Shown: piece by piece, positions 52,717 to 64,000 of the stretch
Numbering within the stretch: position 1 is the first letter of the stretch
Layout: every line of letters begins with the position of its first letter
NCBI RefSeq assembly: GCF_001194135.2
Contig: NC_068982.1
Span: 145,294,233 to 145,358,232 of the forward strand
Source of the DNA: Octopus bimaculoides
Lineage: Eukaryota
DNA: 64,000 nucleotides
Direction: 5' to 3'
The notes under the pieces: generated by a model
The model's database searches: none
Told to the model about the DNA's origin: nothing
The model's input: the letters and a program-made list of their open reading frames with translations, nothing else
Position numbers and translations under genes: made by a program

Positions 52717-52839
52717 CTTAAAGCAAGAGATACGGAATTCAATTATATGCTAACATTATGAACATCTTCCCAGGTGGTGGCAAGGCATTTTAAAATCTTC
52801 TAAGTCTGAAAAGCGATGATTATTACGAGGGAAAAAAAA
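52717..52839. repeat. Diverged direct repeat of about 123 bp, copy 2
   Basis: See 50505-50627. Confidence 0.85.
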
Positions 52840-54244
52840 TAAAGATTTATTAAGTATCTTCAGATAGAAAAATAACCCAAATATCATCAAGTAAAACTCA
52901 GGAAGAAAACTAAAATAAATTAAAATGTATAAAGAATAAATCAAGTGCCACAGCAAACAAAATTAATGAGAACAATTAACGTTCATTTTTAACTTGAAAT
53001 CACGAGAAATGTTTTTTTAATTGCTAACGTATATATATTTAAGCTAGAGGCGAACTGGCAAGAACTCATTTCTATTTATTCACTTCAAGAACATCCGAGC
53101 TGTATGTTTTTATGTCAAGTGGAGAAATTTGCATTATAATTTCTATTCTTGATTTGTATTCTGTGCTTTTAGAAAGCAGATCAGTTATTCTTATGAAGCC
53201 ACAAATTAGTTTGCAGTTCTGGGAGGAGATAAATCTATAATAGAAATATTTTGCGTTCTCATTCTCTATACTAAGCGAATCAGACATCAAACACGTGTTG
53301 GAATATGAATATTAATTTATAGACCCAGCAACAAGTAAAAAAAAACCCCCAAAAAAACCCAGAACAGAACAATTACTGAGTTGTTAACATATTTAATGTG
53401 TTAACATATTTAATGCACGAAGATAAGTAGAAATACTTACCCGATAGATCAAGGCAAACTTAATTATTATTTTTCGTGCGGATTGTGTTTCAATTACTTT
53501 CATTGGAAATAATTCTGTTTATGTGAGTTAATATGTGATAACTAAAGTGAAATCTTGTACATTTGTAGAATGAATTTGAATATCACTATTCTGGAGATCC
53601 AATGTAATATACGAGTCATTAATGAGGTTATAGTAAGAGCGAAACATTCCATGAGTTGTTTCCTGTATACATATGTGTGTCTGTGTGTGTGTGTGTGTGT
53701 TTGTGTACAGTACGAGCTTCTGCAAACATTTTTTCTTCGACGAATTCTTATTCTGAAAATGTTGGTTCAACCCTGCACTGTGGCAGGAGATATTTCCTCC
53801 ACAATGTAACTTGGGTGGGGATAGAACACGGAAATATTTGGTTGTAATGCAAAGTACTGATCAATACAGCGAAAACTGCCTCCATGTCAAGTAAAATGTA
53901 AAGCTTGAAAGAGAATTACCTTTTACCACAAATTATCAAAGACATATTGAAGGTGAACGTGATTGTTCACCTTTATAGATAGATATTAACATTGGATGCG
54001 GGGGAAGAACTTTTGAGATGTGGCTGTCAGGAACTTTCAAGATGGCCGAGAGGTCTAATTTATTTCTAACGTTGTATAGAATCTTTTTAGTCTACAATTG
54101 ATATATCATTTTTCATCTCCATGTTTTAGGCTCTTTTTATTACCCTCCTGCTTGTAGCACAGCCATGATCAATGTTGCGAATTGATTAATGCTATTAATA
54201 TTTGTTTATTTAAGATTTTCATCTTTCTACTGATGCTACTGTTT

Positions 54245-54348
54245 ATGCTGCTGCTGCTGCGGATGACGATACTGATGATGATGATGATGATGATGATGAT
54301 GGGGATGATGATGATGATGATGATATTGATGACGATGATGACGATGAT
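54245..54348. repeat. (GCT)n/(GAT)n trinucleotide microsatellite
   Basis: Direct reading. Confidence 0.9.
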
Positions 54349-55219
54349 TTCTTAATAATTAATAATCACTGCGAGTCCTATATTCGAAATGTTGATTAGA
54401 ATAAATTGGGATTTGCTTCAGTTATCTGTCTTTGATATCGACCAGTTTCTGCATTTCTATGCGTCTGTATACCTGGCTATTCATTTCTTCCATTCTCACT
54501 TCTTCCCTTTCATCTTTACTATCTATCTTACCCTGCAGTTTTCCTTTCTCTCTCAAATCTTTTCACTGTCACTCTAATAAATAGAGAATTTGAGATAACT
54601 GTCCGTAGTTCGGTGTGCAAAAGAATTATTTGTACAGGCAGAAAATTCCCAGCTGGAGATTCGATACAGTATGTCAGATCCGATCATTCTAAAATGCGAT
54701 GCATTAGTATGTATTGAGAAGTAATATGTAAATTTCAAAAGAAGACAATTTTGTATGCTTGGAAATTATTAGCCAGTGTAACTTATCAGAACTAACTCTG
54801 AAAAATTAATTACATTTTCTCAAATTCAGGTTCAGGTCTTATTAAATCGATTCACATTAAGCGTTTTGATTATAATCCTAATTTAATACTATTGGTAAAT
54901 GGAAAAATCACTTTAAGATTGTTAACGTATTCGTGGCTGCTGAAATTCGCGTATGAGTTAATAACAAAGCAATTATTCACCGACAAGTGTAAATCTCTGA
55001 ATAACATCGTTTAAATTCAATATACTCTGTAAAGTTATAATTTTGGAATGACTAGGACTATTATTTAAGAATATAATCTAAAGAGAGGTCTCATAATTCA
55101 GACACATTTATATTCAACCTAGAGTGGTAAATAAAGAGAAATAGAAAACGTGAATCGCGTGATTGGCTCAGTTGAAAGGAAACATAGGTAACATTTCTTG
55201 AAAGTTTATTGACACATGC

Positions 55220-55250
<31 letters not shown>

Positions 55251-55326
55251 TGTATGTATGTATGTATGTATGCATACATGCATGTGTATGCACAAACATA
55301 CACACAGATACGCTCGCACAAATATA

Positions 55327-55365
<39 letters not shown>

Positions 55366-55651
55366 CATTCACATGGCTCTGATGAAGCTATAAGATGTCG
55401 CACCAGCACTTCTCTGTGGGTACACAATTCTTTATAGAAGGAACTACTGTAAGCTAATGAAAGTGATTACACAAATACAATTCATTTATTAATTGATATT
55501 ACGCTCTGTACTGACCTGCTAATACATATTTCTCCGGACTTCCTTACTACCGAACCTTAATAATACTGTCATGTATAAGTATATTGAATTCTAACAACTG
55601 ATTGGTGGAACCGCTGTTGTAAACGGAATCATGAAGCATATGCATACACAA

Positions 55652-55763
<112 letters not shown>

Positions 55764-56501
55764 CAACTCACACACGCTCACACGGTAACTCTCACACACT
55801 CACTCACACACACATACACATAAATTATTCTTAATAGGATTATGTTGTGAAACGAGAGAGAGGTGGGGCTGCACATACACGCTGAAAATGCTAAAAAAAT
55901 TGACTGATGCTTGGGTTGAAAATCGGTAGATGAATCGCTGCAGGAAAAACGCGTAAAGTGAGAGAACGAAAGGTTCCGAGATATTAGATGGAATACTTAA
56001 GAAAAAGTGGACTCTGCCAAAGATACTTGAGCAACAGGTAGTGATATTAAACTGAGCTGGATATTTGGTTTAGTATACAAGATCTAGGAAGGAAATACTG
56101 GAGTGATACATATAGGAGGGAGAGTAGACAAATGTAATAACTGGGTTTAAATTCACACGCACAAAGACTGTGAAAGTAGGAAAGGAGTTAGTACTGCTGT
56201 CACATCTGACGGTGAAGCAAAGGATATATAATGTGTTTTTAGGTGAAAGATTGTCCGTCGGATTATTTTTGAGAGACTATATGCTTCACCGGAAATATAA
56301 ACTGAGGTCAATATGAATGACTGCTAGTTGAGATTTTATGTTTACAATGTACCGTGTATATTCTCAATTGAGAGGGTGCGTGTGTGCGTGTGTGCGTGTG
56401 TGTGCGTGTGTGTGGGTGTTATTATAAGATCGACGGATTGTAAGATTCGAACAGTTCATGGTAGGTATTGAAAAAAATCAGCGTTCAGGAATAATACTAA
56501 T

Positions 56502-56712
56502 TTATTCTTTTCTACTCTAGGCACAAAGCCCGAAATTTTGGGGGAGGGGGCCAGTCGATTAGATCGACCCCAGTACGCAACTGGTACTTAATTGATCGAC
56601 CCTCGAAGGGATAAAGCGCAAAGTCGACCTCGGCGGAATTTGAACTCAGAACGTAAGAGAGACAAAATGCCGCTAAGCACTTCCCCCGGCGTGCTAACGT
56701 TTCTGATGCCTT
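56502..56712 (-). mobile_element. SINE family A
   Basis: TTTTCTACTCTAGGCACAAAGCCCGAAATTTTGGGGGAGGGGG...GTCGACCTCGGCGGAATTTGAACTCAGAACG is the close reverse complement of the 30018 copy. Confidence 0.9.
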
Positions 56713-56829
56713 ATAACAATTCTAATTTATTGGCATTGAAAGTTTTATGCATTTTCTCACATCGAAGTTCAATAAGTTGAGAAAAACATTTTATAGCTCA
56801 CGGTTAGCAATTTCAGTTGCTATGAATGC

Positions 56830-57201
56830 AAATAAAAATCCAAATTGAGGGAGTGGCAGGTAAAAAACTAGGCTACATATGTTTTCTAGCTAGCAGATAA
56901 TCTGATGTAATAATTACTCAACGACGGGTACCCAGTTATCTACTCATCAGGCCGAAGATACCTTTAATTGTATCAAGTTTACATTGTCGTTAAGGAATTC
57001 GAAATTAACTCGCCAGAGATATAATTTGAATTCGGTGAGTTAATTTGGGATTTCCTAACGACAATGTAACCTTCGCATAATGAAGGTATCCCAGGGAGGA
57101 GCACCTCTGTTGAGCAATTATTACATTGGAAGCTATGCTAGCTAAGAAACATACGTAGTCTGTCTTTTATGTACTCCATGCTCTCAACTTGACTTTTATT
57201 T
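56830..57201. mobile_element. Fold-back / MITE-like element with diverged arms of about 180 bp
   Basis: Paired blocks: AAATAAAA, CTAC.TATGTTT..TAGCTAGCA, ATGTAATAATT.CTCAAC, GATACCTT, TTACATTGTCGTTA and AAATTAACTC.CC, each with its reverse complement on the right of a centre near 57020. Confidence 0.75.
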
Positions 57202-57324
57202 CTAACAATATAGGTGCTACAATGCTCTCTCAGTCACTATTAGTGAAAACTGAAATCTTCCTTTTTGGTTTTATATTCCGTCTAGCCGCCTTTATCATTT
57301 TTTATACAACACGTACACACACAA

Positions 57325-57357
<33 letters not shown>

Positions 57358-57954
57358 TGTATGTATGTATGTATGTATGTATGTATGTATGTATGTATAT
57401 ACGCAGTTGTCCATTGTGGAACACAACTGTCACTACATAAACCTGATGCCTGCGTAAGGCAAATAAGAAAACGGAAAATAAGACTTTGTTGGAGTTCAAT
57501 TGATTAATGTATATATATATATATATATATATATNNNNNNNNNNNNNNNNNNNNNNNNNNNNNNNNNNNNNNNNNNNNNNNNNNNNNNNNNNNNNNNNNN
57601 NNNNNNNNNNNNNNNNNNNNNNNNNNNNNNNNNNNNNNNNNNNNNNNNNNNNNNNNNNNNNNNNNNNNNNNNNNNNNNNNNNNNNNNNNNNNNNNNNNNN
57701 NNNNNNNNNNNNNNNNNNNNNNNNNNNNNNNNNNNNNNNNNNNNNNNNNNNNNNNNNNNNNNNNNNNNNNNNNNNNNNNNNNNNNNNNNNNNNNNNNNNN
57801 NNNNNNNNNNNNNNNNNNNNNNNNNNNNNNNNNNNNNNNNNNNNNNNNNNNNNNNNNNNNNNNNNNNNNNNNNNNNNNNNNNNNNNNNNNNNNNNNNNNN
57901 NNNNNNNNNNNNNNNNNNNNNNNNNNNNNNNNNNNNNNNNNACACACACGCATA

Positions 57955-59105
57955 TATTAGGTCATACCCAAAATATTGCGGTTCATTTTTCAAAATTAAG
58001 ATAAAAAAATTTCTATTTTAATCTAAAATATGCTCTCCTTCATTTTCTATAATACTCTTCCACATATCTAGTAGACTTGCAAGCGCCCCCCCTCATCCAA
58101 AATTCACTCGTCCGTGACGAAAAATACTCCTGCGGCATTGTTCTGACCTCATCTACAGAGTTCATATTTTTCCCATCCAAATGATTTTGAAGACTGCGGA
58201 TTAAATGATAATCAGATGGGGCAATGTCCGGCGAATATGGTGGGTGGGGCATCGTTTCCCATTGAAACTGATCTAGCGTTTGGAATCTAGCGTCTTGAAA
58301 CGAAAGATGGTCGTTTTTCTTCAAGCGCCGACTTAAGTCGCTCAAGCTGCTCGCAGTAGATCTCCTTTGTTATCATTACGTGGGTGAAGATCTTCTTTAG
58401 CCTGGAGTACCGGTGTTTCTCCTTACCCTACCCATTGTCTTTGGTGCTTGACATGTTGAAAGAGAACCCATTTCTCGTCACCAGTCACTATTCGGTCCAA
58501 GAGAAGGTTCATTTGTGAGACTTAACAGCAAAGAAGAGCATGCATCCACTCTCTGCGCGCGATTAGACTCGGAAAGTTCGACCCAATTTGCTGACTTTTC
58601 CGATGGTACGCGGGTATCCATGAAGGGTTGAATGACCAAATCTAAGCTTCTCAGCTAGTTCCTCAACAGTTAAGATGGGATTTTGTTCCACCAAGGTTTG
58701 CAGGACGTTCTCATCGACCTCTACAGATCTTCTAGGACAAGGCTCGTCTTCTAAGCTGTAATGTCCGGCTCGGAATTTCTGGAACCAGCGTTAACACTGG
58801 CTTACGCTTATTGTTTGATCCCCATATACTGCATCAATATTCCTGGCGTTTTCCGTTGTGTTGTCTTTATTAAACTCATAAAGCAAAATATGCCGAATAT
58901 GCTCCTCTGTCACTCCCATTATAGCTTTGAAAAAATAACTGTTAAAATCGAACTGCACTCTTCAAAACTTGCATTTAGAATAAATACAAGGTAAAATTAC
59001 CGCCTGCTTTTATAGCAAGTTGATGCAGGTAGTTTATCCCGCTCCCATCTAACTTTTAATTTTTGCAATTGAAAAAAAACGCATTATTTATAGGATAACC
59101 CAATA
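57955..59105 (-). mobile_element. Near-complete decayed mariner (DD34D-type) transposon with both TIRs and TA flanks
   Basis: ATG at 58919: MGVTEEHIRHILLYEFNK...RWFQKFRAG..SLEDEP; IVTGDEKW; HPPYSPDIAPSDYHL; stop at 58018. TIRs TTAGGTCATACCCAAAATATTGCGGTT (57957-) and TTGGGTTATCCTA...TAATGCGTTTT (-59103). Internal deletions remove the WVPHEL region in part and the second Asp region. Confidence 0.9.
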
Positions 59106-59984
59106 TATATATATATATATATAATTTATTTTCAAAGTGCTACGCAGATGGAATGAAGTCACAACCATATCGCTGCAAAACAAAGTTCTAAACCACACAG
59201 CTATTTTTGGAAGAGCGGAATGCGTATATGAGTAAGTTTTGTTAACAAACATAATGCGCTGACAGGTAGACTGTATATTACTCGTAATATGCAGTATTTT
59301 CTAATAATGAAAAATGCTTTCTATCTAGGATCTTTGATTACGAGAAAGAATTTACATGAATAATTTGATAAAAGGATTAAAAGAAATAAATGAAAAAAAA
59401 AATATTTCAGATTTTTTTGTTACAGTACTATTTCATATTCATTCACTTTCTACACTTACACACACACAAACACACACGAGCGCACACACGAGCGCACTCA
59501 CGAGCGCAAACACAAGCGCACACACGCACACACACACATACACACACATACATACACACAAACACAAACGCCCACACACACACACGATTGTGCTGTCCTT
59601 ATTCTGTTGCTACTCTAATATTTAAGGGAATTCTCGTTGATCACGCAAGTGAAAACTAAATTACATGTTACTATGTACATAAGATATAAGACGGCATATG
59701 TGACGCCTCCAGTACAGTCATTAAATAAAAATTATGACAATGAAAAACGTATAGTTTCAGAAAACATGCACACAAAAAACATTGAAAACATAGAAAAAAA
59801 AATCTAATATGAATAGAGATGACCATAAGTGAATGGAAAAGCTAAGGTACAAATGCACATGCAAACTCATACACGTGTAAATGCACATGTACACACATAT
59901 AGATACACGGATTCAGCCTCATATCCCAAGGACTACGCCTAAATTTCCATATAGTGGACACACACACACACCACACGCTAGCAC

Positions 59985-60060
59985 ACGTAAAGATATTAGT
60001 TAGGAGCACACCGTCGGTTACGACGACGAGGGTCCTAGCTGATACGATCAATAGAAACAT
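59985..60060 (-). mobile_element. Short retroposon 3' end sharing the family-C tail
   Basis: Minus strand ATTGATCGTATCAGCTAGGACCCTCGTCGTCGTAACCGACGG matches 19748-19790. Confidence 0.6.
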
Positions 60061-60636
60061 AGATATCCGCATGTATAATGTAAAGGAAATATAACCAATC
60101 TCCGTCAATTTCGAGGACGAAGATTCAGTTGTTTGAACTACTTCCTAATTAAATAACTATATAAGTCCTTGTGTACTCCTTATGTGTCAATACTCAGGTA
60201 CAATCAACGTAAAATATGTGATAGAGCTGCCCCATTAAATCAGAGATGGACTCTATTCCACATGATTCCGCATAGTTTCCGCTTACTCAGTCTGCCCCAT
60301 TACGCTTCGGTCCACGCAAAACTATAGCAAAAGACACTTGCTTAAGATGTCACACGGTGGAACCGATCCCTGCATCTTATGTTTCCGAAGGAAGTTCTTA
60401 AGCGGCTTCCGTATGTATATTCCCAAGCAGAAGACCACAAGCACCTATAGTGTCAATCACGCAGACAAAAATAATCGCTTGCGACCATAAATATACGCAG
60501 ACATACACACACACGCGTACATACATACAAATATATATCATTGATAACAGAAGCCTAATATTCTTATCGTTTCTTTCAAATTTTCTCATGATTTTCTAGA
60601 AGTCTGTTTCGAACAGTGGAGTCTGAAAGTGCGGGT

Positions 60637-60812
60637 TACCGGGCCTCCGTGAATTATCAGTCACTCAAATCCCAACATCTTCTAGGATGGGACACCATTC
60701 CGTCACAGGGTTAGTCATTTAAAGCTGAATGCACTTGAGCAACATGAAATGAAGTTTTTTGTTGAAGAGCACAATTCACCATCTATGCTGGGAATCGAAA
60801 CCATGGTCTTGT
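60637..60812 (-). mobile_element. SINE family E, decayed
   Basis: GAGCAACATGAAATGAAGTTTTTTGTTGAAGAGCACAA...GGAATCGAAACCA parallels 18524-18590. Confidence 0.65.
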
Positions 60813-61714
60813 ATATTCGAATAGTGACGTTCATAAATTTATCTTTCACATTTCTAGATTTTAATAGCTTCTTCTTTAGTTCAAAATGATGTTAGTATAT
60901 ATTACAGTCTGCTTGTATTAAGCAACACCAGTTTTGAATGGTGAATACATTTTCGTAAAACTCTAAACTTTTTACCGTTAGATTTATACGTCATCAGTCA
61001 AGTGTGAGCGTGAAGTGTTTCAAATGAATCAAATATACCTTTACTAATAACCAGACGAACAGATTTTCAATAATCTCATAAAACGCAACACAAAAGTTCT
61101 TGTACTAAACCATTAGTTAGCACCAAAATAACGTTGTACCTACACTAACATTACAAACCTTATCAATAACAAACAGTTGTCCTGTTAATCAGTAAAGAAA
61201 CTATTAATAGCTTCTTTGATATGTTTTATGAATTTGATTGCAAATTTAAAAGTTGTATTCTTGGGGAAATCAATATTATATTGGCCATACAAATACAACA
61301 CGCCCGATGGGTCAGCATTGTGTTAAAACAGGGAGTAATTGCATACATAAAAGAAAACACGCAGATAAAAATTAATCTTCCATAAAAAAGAGGCGATTAA
61401 AAGTCAGAGAACTGCATAATAACTGTCAGAGAATGACATAAAACTAAACTAGTAGAATATAATCCTAATGAAAATACACTTTACAGGTGACATAAATTTT
61501 ATGGTCAGAATTTCAGATGCTGGCGGTAATGTCTACACCAATTACAATCCCCCTGCTAACTACAGAGAAACAGGAGAACAGATGAACATCTCTGAATCCA
61601 AAAGATGATGTCATAAACATTCAGAACATTGCCGATAGACTTACGATTTTGATAATAAAAGTAGCCTTGAGTCGGAATTTCAAATATTTCAATATCAGGT
61701 ATTAATTCATTCAT

Positions 61715-62722
61715 TTAGGACAGCTGGTTTCCTGGAGATCCACACGCTCCTAAATTCAAACCAGCATGGCTTTCGCTGTGGCAGGGACTGTCTAACACAG
61801 CTCTTACACCACATCGATGATATACTTAAAGCCTTGGGAACAGGTGCGAAATCTGATGTCATATATCTTGACTTCAGTAAAGCATTCGACAGAGTTGACC
61901 ATAATATTTTATTCTCAAAATTGGCAAATGTTGGAATCCGTGGAAAACTTCTACACTGGATTGAGTATTTCCTGGCGAACAGAACACAACATGTTGAGGC
62001 CGATGGAGTCCACTCAAGCCCAGCAAAAATCACCAGTGGTGTTCCTCGGGGTACTGTTTTGGGCCCGCTCCTCTTTATAATCTATATAAACGACCTTTCC
62101 AGCGTTGTAAAACACAGCAAAGTGAAAATATTTCCTGATGACACTAAGCTCCAGAAAATCATCAATGAAGAAGAAGACCGAACTGAACTCCAGTCTGATC
62201 TATATGCTGTCAGGCAATGGGCAGACAAAAACAAAATGCAACTAAACGAGGAAAAATTTGAGCTGATGCATTTTGGAAAAAAGCCTATGCTAAAACAACC
62301 ACACTCTCTTCCTTTAGGGAAAGATCTCACATCATCCTATAATATCAGAGACCCAGGAGTAATTGTTGATAATAATCTCAGTAATTGTTGATAACAATCT
62401 CAATAAGGTTGATATAGCTCGTAGGATGACCTCCTGGATCTTAAGAACCTTCCAGTCCAGAGGATAAGGTGTTATCATTCCACTTTTCTCCTCCTTTGTA
62501 TGGCCACACCTCGAATGCTGCTGCACCCTGTGGTCTCCCCATACAAAACAAAACATCTCGAAAATTGAATCAACCCAGAGGACATTCACTAAACGAATTA
62601 ATGGCATGACTGATCACGATTTATGGGACCGCCTTAAAGCAGTGAAACTCTATTCTTTCCAGTGCACCGTGAGCATACATCATTTGCACGATGTGGAGAA
62701 TATACCACCAGCATTGCCCAAA
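61715..62722 (+). pseudogene. CR1-group LINE reverse transcriptase fragment (5'- and 3'-truncated)
   Basis: QHGFR.GR.CLTQLL, DVIYLDFSKAFDRVDH, SGVPRGTVLGPLLFIIYINDL, IFPDDTKL (FADD mutated), RDPGVIVDNNL, then LWSPH...IESTQRTFTKRI and R.RY.I...W.I. The longest open piece is 61834-62391. Confidence 0.9.
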
Positions 62723-62739
62723 TTTTATTTAATTTGCTT

Positions 62740-62950
62740 TGCAGGAGAAACTGTTTTATCGAAAGCGTATCTTGTTGTTTAATGCTCGAAATACGAGACT
62801 AGAAAAACAGCCAACAACTGATGAAGGGTCGTTCTTTATGTCTGTTTTTGTTTTCAATTTGTGTCTTTCGTTCTTCGAAAGAATAGTTCATGTCCTATGT
62901 ACTCGTGCTTCGTACTTTTTGTTGTACATGTTTCATGACGTCCTGTGACT
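62740..62950 (+). mobile_element. Possible Penelope-like 3' end or terminal repeat fragment
   Basis: EKLFYRK..LLFNAR resembles a GIY-YIG C-terminal tail, followed by CTGATGAAGGG; weak. Confidence 0.3.
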
Positions 62951-64000
62951 ACATATGCATATATATNNNNNNNNNNNNNNNNNNNNNNNNNNNNNNNNNN
63001 NNNNNNNNNNNNNNNNNNNNNNNNNNNNNNNNNNNNNNNNNNNNNNNNNNNNNNNNNNNNNNNNNNNNNNNNNNNNNNNNNNNNNNNNNNNNNNNNNNNN
63101 NNNNNNNNNNNNNNNNNNNNNNNNNNNNNNNNNNNNNNNNNNNNNNNNNNNNNNNNNNNNNNNNNNNNNNNNNNNNNNNNNNNNNNNNNNNTATGAGAGT
63201 TAGGGGGAGACAAGAATGGAGTGGGGTTGTAATGATTCGTATTTTGGGATAGATGTGTCGCCCGATGTTTGCAGGTGAATATTATAGTGTTGCCTTCATT
63301 TTTATGATAACATTAACCATGGTACTAAATGTTTTGTAGATAAAGAGATGTTTCTACGATTAATAGCTCAATGTCTCCACAAAGGCATCAATGTACAACA
63401 CTCTGTACAATTTAAATTTTACGAAAAAATCAATTTGTTTAATAGCAAAGAAAAGTAGTAAACAAAATATCTATTTTTTATATTTCTCAATTCAAACCAA
63501 AAAATTATTTCCTTTATTATCTGAACATTAATAATATTCTTTCCTATAATATAGCATCTCATGTTTAAAAGAATATGGCTTTTGTACACTGAAAATGATA
63601 TTTTATATTTTTCCCTTGTTTTTCGCCTTCACGCATTCTATCTTCTTCACTTCACCGCAAAATTCTCCACTCAGTTTTACTTCAAAGGTTTTCTAATTTT
63701 CTCTGTTTATCTGAAAATTAACTTTGCAAAACAATCTCCACCAAACTTGATATAGTGGAATCCATAAACGTTATGTAAACGATATTCTTACATTGTCATC
63801 CTTTCATTATAGATTAGCTAGCTACTCGATTTGATGATTCGAACAATTTGATTACATGCAACCTATATTCTACGCAACACGTTGTCTCTTTTTGGAATGA
63901 GAAATGCCTACATTTCCTCATGCATGGACAAATACATACGTACATATACATACATGCATATATTTATATATATGTATATAAATATATACTATATATATAT

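Noticed and set aside
54027-54058. GATGGCCGAGAGGTCTAA, similar to a tRNA-Leu 5' end
   Set aside because: Under 20 nt with no B box or remaining cloverleaf.
55880-56260. Possible RTE 3' remnant
   Set aside because: A purine-rich tract with only vague motif similarity.

Overview
AT-rich, microsatellite-dense eukaryotic draft scaffold with about 15 N-gaps. The interspersed SINE families resemble those I recall from octopus genomes, so a coleoid cephalopod origin is inferred but not verified. I found no intact protein-coding gene, rRNA, true tRNA or CRISPR array, and most ORFs in the track are microsatellite or N-gap artefacts. The window looks like intronic or intergenic DNA made of decayed transposons: (1) about 20 tRNA-headed SINE copies or fragments from at least four families; (2) three or four R4/Dong-type restriction-like-endonuclease LINE fragments at 35.6-44.3 kb, all on the minus strand; (3) a CR1-group RT fragment, an L1/Tx1-like APE endonuclease fragment, and Penelope-like fragments carrying hammerhead-ribozyme-like motifs; (4) a near-complete dead mariner, a dead maT-like Tc1/mariner element, the 3' end of a Chapaev3-like element, and three fold-back MITE-like elements. 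The most notable observations are a 272-bp palindromic MITE with an 8-bp TSD and GG-starting ends (Merlin-like) inserted right after a catalytic Asp codon of the maT-like transposase, an R4-type LINE sitting inside a (TACA)n microsatellite, hammerhead-like motifs with non-canonical cores, and SINEs with swapped 3' tails. I found no convincing novel multi-gene system.
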